A stretch of DNA of 14,212 bases, taken from an uncultured bacterium (GTDB lineage: Bacteria > Schekmanbacteria > GWA2-38-11 > J061). Position 1 is the stretch's first letter, and each line of letters begins with the position of its first letter. This document shows positions 8,462 to 14,212 of the stretch, piece by piece. The DNA lies in NCBI GenBank assembly GCA_964549305.1, contig CAZJVM010000062.1, positions 1 to 14,212 of the forward strand. The letters run 5' to 3'. The notes under the pieces are model-generated. The model made no database searches, was not told the origin of the DNA, and worked only from the letters and a program-made list of their open reading frames with translations. The position numbers and the translations under genes were made by a program.

Positions 8462-8929
8462 TCAATCTTCAAATAGATCAAGTTGGGAATATTGTTTTCT
8501 AAGATAAGATTTTACTTTTTTGTTAAACATCGTTGCTGTCTCAAGTGCTTTTTTTGCTTCCGATAAGCTTAAAGGAAACATCGGATCATAAGTAAACTGA
8601 TTTCTTTTTCTTCTCATCCTGTCAAAAGAATCAATTAATGTTGAAAACTCGTCACCGAGAATCTTCCCTGCGACTTCAATTGTAGTTAAATGCTGTTTTC
8701 CATCTGATGGTCTGTATCCTTGCAGGAAAACCAGCGCTCTCCCAATTTTTAACATGGCATTATAAGCAAGAGAATAGCACGCTTCTTCATCAATCTTAAT
8801 ATTCTTTTCTGAAGCAATGAGATTTCGGGACGAACTGCTGAGAAGCGCCTTTACCTGATCAAGCCCTATATCTTCTTTTTTCAAAAATCCCTGTTTCTCA
8901 AGTTTTTTCAAGAAGTTGCTTAAAATCAT
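8462..8929 (-). CDS. HEPN domain protein (putative toxin)
   Basis: Predicted helical. Motifs 'CYSLAYNAMLKIGRALV', 'KQHLTTIE' and 'FDRMRRKRNQFTYD'. It overlaps the upstream MNT gene. The start is ambiguous among TTG 8941 and ATG 8935/8932/8929; 8929 is best spaced from GGAG. Confidence 0.8.
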   Translation of the reverse strand: MILSNFLKKLEKQGFLKKEDIGLDQVKALLSSSSRNLIASEKNIKIDEEACYSLAYNAMLKIGRALVFLQGYRPSDGKQHLTTIEVAGKILGDEFSTLIDSFDRMRRKRNQFTYDPMFPLSLSEAKKALETATMFNKKVKSYLRKQYSQLDLFED

Positions 8930-9491
8930 CATCATCTCCAAGAATTAAAATATAGTTTTTTAATATATTTTTAATAAATGAATTTTTGTTCTCCATTTTT
9001 GACTTAAACTCTGATTTTGAATAAATATGGTAATTAATTTCCCTGCTGATTATTTTTTCTTCCTTTTTTAAAGTATCAGATAATTTTTCTTCCTTTATTC
9101 TTCCAACAATCACAAGGTCAATATCGGATGCAGGCGTTAATTGTCTTTTTGCATAGGAACCAAATATAAAAGCAAAATCTATACCTTCAATTTTTTCCAA
9201 TGAATTTTTGAGTCGAATCTCTATACCAAGGGTTTTTCCGATGATTGAACGGAATTCTTTATAAAAGAGACTTTTTTTGTCTATACTATAATAAAGAAGA
9301 TTCCCCGTTCTCAATGTTTTAAAAATTCCTATTCCCGCAAGCTTGTTCAACTCTCTTCTGCAGGTTCCCTGTGATGTATCAATAAGGCGGGCTAATTCGT
9401 TAATATAATATTTCCTGTTCTCATCAGCAAAGAAGCAAGTGAGAATTTTCCTTCTTATTTTCGATTTGAATAGACTGTTAATAATATCCAT
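8898..9491 (-). CDS. Winged-HTH (ArsR-like) + minimal nucleotidyltransferase (MNT), putative antitoxin/autorepressor
   Basis: N-terminal wHTH 'LFKSKIRRKIL..YYINELARLIDTSQGTCRRELNKL..GNLLYY'. C-terminal 'FGSYAKRQLTPASDIDL' is an exact GS-X10-DXD motif. Confidence 0.88.
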   Translation of the reverse strand: MDIINSLFKSKIRRKILTCFFADENRKYYINELARLIDTSQGTCRRELNKLAGIGIFKTLRTGNLLYYSIDKKSLFYKEFRSIIGKTLGIEIRLKNSLEKIEGIDFAFIFGSYAKRQLTPASDIDLVIVGRIKEEKLSDTLKKEEKIISREINYHIYSKSEFKSKMENKNSFIKNILKNYILILGDDDDFKQLLEKT

Positions 9492-9492
9492 A

Positions 9493-9533
9493 TGTATTCA
9501 CTTTTGAATACAATTGTATTCATATTTGAATAC
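9493..9533. promoter_or_regulatory. Tandem palindromic operators TGTATTCA-N4-TGAATAC(A), two copies
   Basis: 9493-9512 TGTATTCActttTGAATACA and 9515-9533 TGTATTCAtattTGAATAC, 22 bp apart. The junction is also a perfect 18-bp palindrome, TGAATACAATTGTATTCA (9505-9522). Confidence 0.85.
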
Positions 9534-9541
9534 TGAGTCAA
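9513..9541 (-). promoter_or_regulatory. sigma70-type promoter of the MNT-HEPN operon
   Basis: Minus strand TTGACT (9541-9536), a 17-nt spacer, then TACAAT (9518-9513), 21 nt upstream of ATG 9491. Confidence 0.75.
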
Positions 9542-9621
9542 CAAATATGGTTTATGATTTTTTGGCATAATCCATTTTTCATCTCCTGACACTCTCATCG
9601 CATTGTTTTCCTTACCCCTCT

Positions 9622-9742
9622 CGTGTCATCATTCCAGCACCCCCGTGTCATCATTCCAACCCACCCGCGTCATCATTCCAACCCCCCCCGCGTCATCTTC
9701 CAGCACCCCCGTGTCATCTTCCAGCTTGACTGGAAGATCCAG
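9622..9742 (+). repeat. Tandem 21-23 bp repeat (CGYGTCATC(A)TTCCA + C-rich tail), five copies, ending in a complete REP-like hairpin
   Basis: Units start at 9622, 9644, 9666, 9689 and 9710. The last unit continues as ATCTTCCAG-CTTGA-CTGGAAGAT-CCAG, a perfect 9-bp stem (9716-9724 with 9730-9738). Confidence 0.9.
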
Positions 9743-9772
9743 AAAAAACCATAAAAAAAATCTGTTTCTAAG

Positions 9773-9838
9773 TTGACAATAATTACAATATGCTATTATT
9801 TATTAATATAATGCTAATTGATTGTTATGATTAGCATT
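9773..9838 (+). promoter_or_regulatory. Candidate promoter and inverted repeat upstream of the LVIVD gene
   Basis: TTGACA at 9773-9778, TG-C-TATTAT at 9791-9799 (spacing is a short 15 nt) and TATAAT at 9807-9812. Inverted repeat AATGCTAAT-N11-ATTAGCATT at 9810-9838. Confidence 0.45.
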
Positions 9839-9860
9839 TATTATATTTCAAATATTCAAA

Positions 9861-12800
9861 ATGACAAAAAAATATCGTCTAAAAACTCAGATTAAAATCA
9901 GGACAATTGGCGTTTTACTTTTTGTTTCCCTTAGCTTCTTTTCAATTAATTCATATGCTTCCAAACAGGATATTGATTTAAATCTCATTGGTGCTTACGG
10001 AGGCACATACAACGATATCAAGTTAAGCGGAGATTATGTTTACTGCGCAACTGTGAACGGACTTGATATATTTGACATCACTGACCCTTCGTCGCCTCAG
10101 CTTAAAGGGCATTTTTTAACGCAAACAAGCGTTCTTAAATTATTTGTTGTAAACACAACCGTCTATCTTGCAGGAGGAGACAGCGGTCTGTTAATAGTCG
10201 ATGCAGACAATCCTTCCTCTCCGGTACTGCTCAGTCAATATAATGAAAAAAGTGTAAATGCAGTTTATGTCAGAGGAGATAACGCATTTGTAGCTACAAA
10301 CTCCGGATTTCTAATATTCGATGTTTCAGACCCGGCATCAATTTCAATTAAAGGTTCTCTCAGTGAAGTAGGCGGTGGCAACATTGCAGTTTCAGGCGAC
10401 AGGGCATATGTTGTAAACGGAGTTGTAAACGATGGTTTCGCAATAGTAGATATCAGCAATCCTTTTAATCCTGTTCTGACAGGGACTTATAAGCCTGTCA
10501 TTCCATGGCTTGAAAGGATTCGTATTGTAGGTATTCAGGCAGAGGAAAATTTTGTCTATTTAGCCGAAACAGGCACACATCATAATAATGGACTCATAAT
10601 AGTAGATACAAGCGAACCCTCCAATCCACAGCGTATCGGTTATTTTAAATCGCCGGATAATCCGGTTAATTTGTCCCTTTCAGGGAAAACCATATATCTT
10701 TTCAATTATTTTGCAGAAACACTTGTTTTAGACGTAACTGAGCCAACATCACCACAGTTTGCAGGTTCATTCAAAACACCGGGAAATGCCAGAGCCATTG
10801 ATATTTCCACACCCTATGCTTATGTCGCTGATGGAAACAGCGGACTTGCAATCTTAAAGCTTGAAAATATTGTTCCTCCGAAATTGCTCTCATCCTTTGA
10901 TGTATTTGGAGCGACTTATGATGTTTTCACTAAAGATAACATTGCATACCTTACTGCAGAGAAGGCAGGTCTTATAATACTTGATGTCACAAATCCCTCA
11001 ACACCTGAATTCATATCATCTTATGATACTCATGGAAGCGCCAAGGCAGTTTATGTTTCAGGCAATATAGCATATCTTGCAGTCGGCAATAATGGATTGA
11101 CAATTGTTGACATCACTGACCCTCCATCACCAGCTCTTTTGGGAACACTGGATCTAAATGCTGATGTTCAAAGTGTATTTGTTGAAGGAAATACTGCTTA
11201 CCTGCTCAGTCCCTATGAAGGCAGCGGACTTTACACTGTAGATGTTTCTGACCCTTCCACCCCTCTTTTGTCAGGATTCTATGAAACACCCGGAAACGCC
11301 TTTGGAATTTATGTTTTAAATTCAATTGCATACATAGCTGACGGAAAGGGAGGACTTTCAATAGCAGATACAAGCAACCCGGCATCACCTTCATTTCTTG
11401 GCTACTTTAAGGAAAACACCAAGAGAGTCTTTGTTGAAGGAAACATTGCTTATGCAGCTTCCGGAAGCGGGAGTGATCTTTTCATAATAGATGTAAGCGA
11501 TCCAGCATCACCAACTGTAATCAGCTCATTAGAAATAGAACAGGGAGATAAAGATATTTATGTTTCTGCATCTAAAGCATATATCACTACAAGGAATGGA
11601 AACCTTTTTATAGTTGATATTTCAGATTTATCATCCCCTGCTGTCCTCAGTACTCTGGAAATAGCTTCCCGTTTTATCCCCAATGCAGTAAGCGTTTCAG
11701 GAAATAAAGCATATATATCTGCAGGAGGTTTTTCAATAATAGATGTTGCTGATTCTGCTAATCCTCTCCTAATTGGAAAATATGATACTGCCGGGTCAAT
11801 CAGAACAATTGCTATAAATGAAAATGTTGTATATGTGGCACAAAAAAATTCCAATCTTAAAATTCTTGATATAAGCAGTCCCGAAAAACCGCAGTTAAAG
11901 AAGACAATCAATAATAATTATGGGGATATAAATCAGCTTTTTATTTCAAATAATCTTCTCTATTTTGGATATGTAGAACACAAACCTGATTCACAAGGCA
12001 ATCTTGTCTGGCATAATCGCCTCGGAATATTTGATATAACAGAACCTCTTTCTCCTGTTTTTACAGGCTCCTATGAAGTTTCATCATCAACAACAGGACA
12101 TAACAGAGATGAAATATCTCAAATATTTATTTCAGGCAATTATGCATATCTTGTGGGTTCACAAAAAGCAGGGTTTATTATTATAGATGTGACAAACCCG
12201 TCTTCACCGCAGTTTTCAGGAAGGTTGGGAGTTAAAAAAACAGGATATTCTGATAAAGTATTTATCGAAGATGACAGAGCGTATTTGATAGGCGACAATC
12301 ATTTTTGCATATTTGATTTAAGCAATCCTGCGTCTCCGAAACTTATAAATAAATTCAAAAATAAGTATCCGGCTATCGATATTTATGTTTCGGAAAATAT
12401 AGCATATGTCACTTTAACTAACGGCATTGAAACAATAGATTTATCAAACCCAAAAAAACCTAAGCTTTTAAATGTTTTTCATACTCTTTCTTTTCCTCCT
12501 TATAATAACAAAGGTGTTAATAAGAGTATTGTGTCAGGTGATACAGCATTCATTATCAACTCAAACAGACTCTTTATAGTTGATGTAAGCAATCCTGCCA
12601 GTCCTTTTCTGAAGAGTTCTGCATTTGAATCAAAGAGTGTTTATTATTCCGTTGCACTATCCGGACAGAATATAGTCGTTAACAGACCTGAAGGAATATC
12701 AATATTTGACCCTATTGATACTTCCGCACCGACTCTTGTAAGTTCTTTCAGTTCCGCAGGTGATGCCACGGATGTTGCTCTGTCGGGCAATACTGCCTAT

Positions 12801-14075
12801 ATTGCCGGTTCCGGCGGACTTTCTATTGTTGACATAAACAATCCTTCGTTCATAAAATTTAAAGGAGAATTTAAAACAATAAACAATCCGAATATCGTCG
12901 CTGTTCAAGGAAGCTATGTTTTCCTTGGTGTCGAAAAAGAAGGACTTTTTATCATTGATGCGAAGAACCCTTCTTCTCCTCAACTTTTGAGCAAATATAC
13001 TAAATTACATATCATCTCAGACATAAAGATTAAGGGCTCAACTATTTTTCTCTCTGGTGGAGAGCTTCACATAATAGATATCAAAAATCCTAAATCACCT
13101 AAACTTTTAAAAATTTATAAACCGGCAGGAGGTGTAGATAAGATATTTATTGACGGAAAACAATTATACTTTCTAACAGGTTTTAATAAGACAGGAATTA
13201 TTAATATAAAAAACCCGTCATCACCAACACGTTCTGGTACAATCAAGGCTCCTGCAATTACATTGCCTGCACCTTTCTACGATACAACATTTAGAGCATC
13301 AAGTATATTCGTTTCTGATAAGCGGGCTTATACATTATATAATGCTAATGATGACGATGATGATTTTTCGGTAATAGCAGTTTTTGATGTAAGCAATCCA
13401 ACTTCTACAAAACTGTTAGGAAGTTATACTTATTTTGGGAATTATGCTTCTTTGGCAGGTGATATTTTTTCATCAAACAAATTTGTATTTGCAACCTATT
13501 TTGATTTTGATGGCAATTTTTATAATACAACAATTCTTCAAGCAATAAATTTCAAAAACCCATCTAAACCTGAACTTATAACAGACTTTACTACATCCAG
13601 TATTTGGAGTGAATTTCAAGTTATAGATAACAATATTTTTTTAACATCAAATACGCAAGGATTGAGGATTTTCGAACTCCCCGACAGCATTGATATAACG
13701 CCTCCCGAAAACACTAAAAAACCTGACCTTAAAGTAATGACTTTCAAATACCCGAAAATCACGGAGAGAGGAAGCAGGGCAAAGGCGAAAGCCATCATAA
13801 AAAATGTGGGAAAACGTAATGCCTTAAATCTCTATATCAATATTTACAGCTCACTCAACTCACTAAATGACGCATCAGGCGATACGCTTTTGAAATCGAA
13901 GTCAATAAAGAGGGTGAAGGTCAAAAAAAGGAAAACCATATATTTCAAATGGAAAGTTGATGATTCCAAAACGCCGGGAAACTATTATCTAAAGGTTACC
14001 TGCGAAAATGCAAAGCAGGACCCAAACCTCGATAACAACATTAAAGTATCGAAAGACAGTATTGCAATCAGATAA
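9861..14075 (+). CDS. Large exported LVIVD-repeat beta-propeller protein with C-terminal CARDB/Ig-like domain
   Basis: Signal peptide (..FFSINSYA|SK). 28 repeats of ~40-50 aa of the type 'v.v.gn.aYva.g..gL.IvDvs.P.sP.l.g.y'. The tail 'PDLKV...IKNVG...GNYYLKV...DPNLDNN' from 13722 is CARDB-like. Confidence 0.9.
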   Translation: MTKKYRLKTQIKIRTIGVLLFVSLSFFSINSYASKQDIDLNLIGAYGGTYNDIKLSGDYVYCATVNGLDIFDITDPSSPQLKGHFLTQTSVLKLFVVNTTVYLAGGDSGLLIVDADNPSSPVLLSQYNEKSVNAVYVRGDNAFVATNSGFLIFDVSDPASISIKGSLSEVGGGNIAVSGDRAYVVNGVVNDGFAIVDISNPFNPVLTGTYKPVIPWLERIRIVGIQAEENFVYLAETGTHHNNGLIIVDTSEPSNPQRIGYFKSPDNPVNLSLSGKTIYLFNYFAETLVLDVTEPTSPQFAGSFKTPGNARAIDISTPYAYVADGNSGLAILKLENIVPPKLLSSFDVFGATYDVFTKDNIAYLTAEKAGLIILDVTNPSTPEFISSYDTHGSAKAVYVSGNIAYLAVGNNGLTIVDITDPPSPALLGTLDLNADVQSVFVEGNTAYLLSPYEGSGLYTVDVSDPSTPLLSGFYETPGNAFGIYVLNSIAYIADGKGGLSIADTSNPASPSFLGYFKENTKRVFVEGNIAYAASGSGSDLFIIDVSDPASPTVISSLEIEQGDKDIYVSASKAYITTRNGNLFIVDISDLSSPAVLSTLEIASRFIPNAVSVSGNKAYISAGGFSIIDVADSANPLLIGKYDTAGSIRTIAINENVVYVAQKNSNLKILDISSPEKPQLKKTINNNYGDINQLFISNNLLYFGYVEHKPDSQGNLVWHNRLGIFDITEPLSPVFTGSYEVSSSTTGHNRDEISQIFISGNYAYLVGSQKAGFIIIDVTNPSSPQFSGRLGVKKTGYSDKVFIEDDRAYLIGDNHFCIFDLSNPASPKLINKFKNKYPAIDIYVSENIAYVTLTNGIETIDLSNPKKPKLLNVFHTLSFPPYNNKGVNKSIVSGDTAFIINSNRLFIVDVSNPASPFLKSSAFESKSVYYSVALSGQNIVVNRPEGISIFDPIDTSAPTLVSSFSSAGDATDVALSGNTAYIAGSGGLSIVDINNPSFIKFKGEFKTINNPNIVAVQGSYVFLGVEKEGLFIIDAKNPSSPQLLSKYTKLHIISDIKIKGSTIFLSGGELHIIDIKNPKSPKLLKIYKPAGGVDKIFIDGKQLYFLTGFNKTGIINIKNPSSPTRSGTIKAPAITLPAPFYDTTFRASSIFVSDKRAYTLYNANDDDDDFSVIAVFDVSNPTSTKLLGSYTYFGNYASLAGDIFSSNKFVFATYFDFDGNFYNTTILQAINFKNPSKPELITDFTTSSIWSEFQVIDNNIFLTSNTQGLRIFELPDSIDITPPENTKKPDLKVMTFKYPKITERGSRAKAKAIIKNVGKRNALNLYINIYSSLNSLNDASGDTLLKSKSIKRVKVKKRKTIYFKWKVDDSKTPGNYYLKVTCENAKQDPNLDNNIKVSKDSIAIR

Positions 14076-14081
14076 CAAGGA

Positions 14082-14212
14082 ATGACTTTTTCAAATTATA
14101 GAAATGCCATAAAAACAATTTCAACAATCTTCCTTCTCGTTTTCGCAGTTTCTCTCAATGCTTACGCAAAGGGAGAGAATGTGACGGTGTTGAAACTTTC
14201 CAAAATAAAATC
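14082..14212 (+). CDS. 5' part of an exported protein, truncated by the window end
   Basis: ATG 6 nt after the LVIVD gene stop, directly after AAGGA. The frame stays open to the edge: MTFSNYRNAIKTISTIFLLVFAVSLNAYA|KGENVTVLKLSKIK, a Sec signal peptide with an A-Y-A cleavage site. Not in the ORF track. Confidence 0.75.
   Translation, partial: MTFSNYRNAIKTISTIFLLVFAVSLNAYAKGENVTVLKLSKIK

Noticed and set aside
8417..9621. IS or transposon carrying the MNT-HEPN pair
   Set aside because: No transposase or integrase, terminal inverted repeats, or target-site duplication was found by eye.
9622..9742. CRISPR array
   Set aside because: The period is only 21-23 bp, the linkers are near-identical C-rich tails rather than unique spacers, and there are no cas genes in the window.
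19..13798. Remaining short ORFs in the six-frame track (e.g. 149-460, 2557-3048, 4893-5219, 7211-7630, 11558-11911)
   Set aside because: They are antisense or out-of-frame shadows of well-supported genes and have no recognisable motifs.
9861..14075. Diversity-generating retroelement target or DNA-level repeat cassette in the LVIVD gene
   Set aside because: Only short (~14 nt) shared words were noticed between repeats. No template/variable repeat pair differing at adenines and no reverse transcriptase were seen.

Overview
Bacterial chromosomal window with three zones. (1) 121-5046, minus strand: housekeeping run smpB - Amidase_3 - GerMN lipoprotein - murI - rph, followed by a UbiD-family decarboxylase. 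(2) 5247-9541: a probable decayed C-terminal fragment of L-lactate dehydrogenase (+ strand), a two-gene nucleotide-sugar module (RmlC-like cupin epimerase plus Rmd/Gmd-like SDR), an exported fusion of a degenerate UshA-like metallophosphoesterase with a tetraheme c-type cytochrome, and a wHTH-MNT/HEPN toxin-antitoxin-like pair whose sigma70-type promoter is overlapped by tandem palindromic operators. (3) 9622-14212: five ~22-bp C-rich repeats ending in one complete REP-like hairpin, a 1404-aa exported protein with 28 LVIVD repeats (probably 4 x 7-bladed propellers) and a basic CARDB-like C-terminal domain, and the start of a second exported protein. No rRNA, tRNA, tmRNA, CRISPR array or transposase was seen. 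All family calls are by motif recognition; no database search was run.
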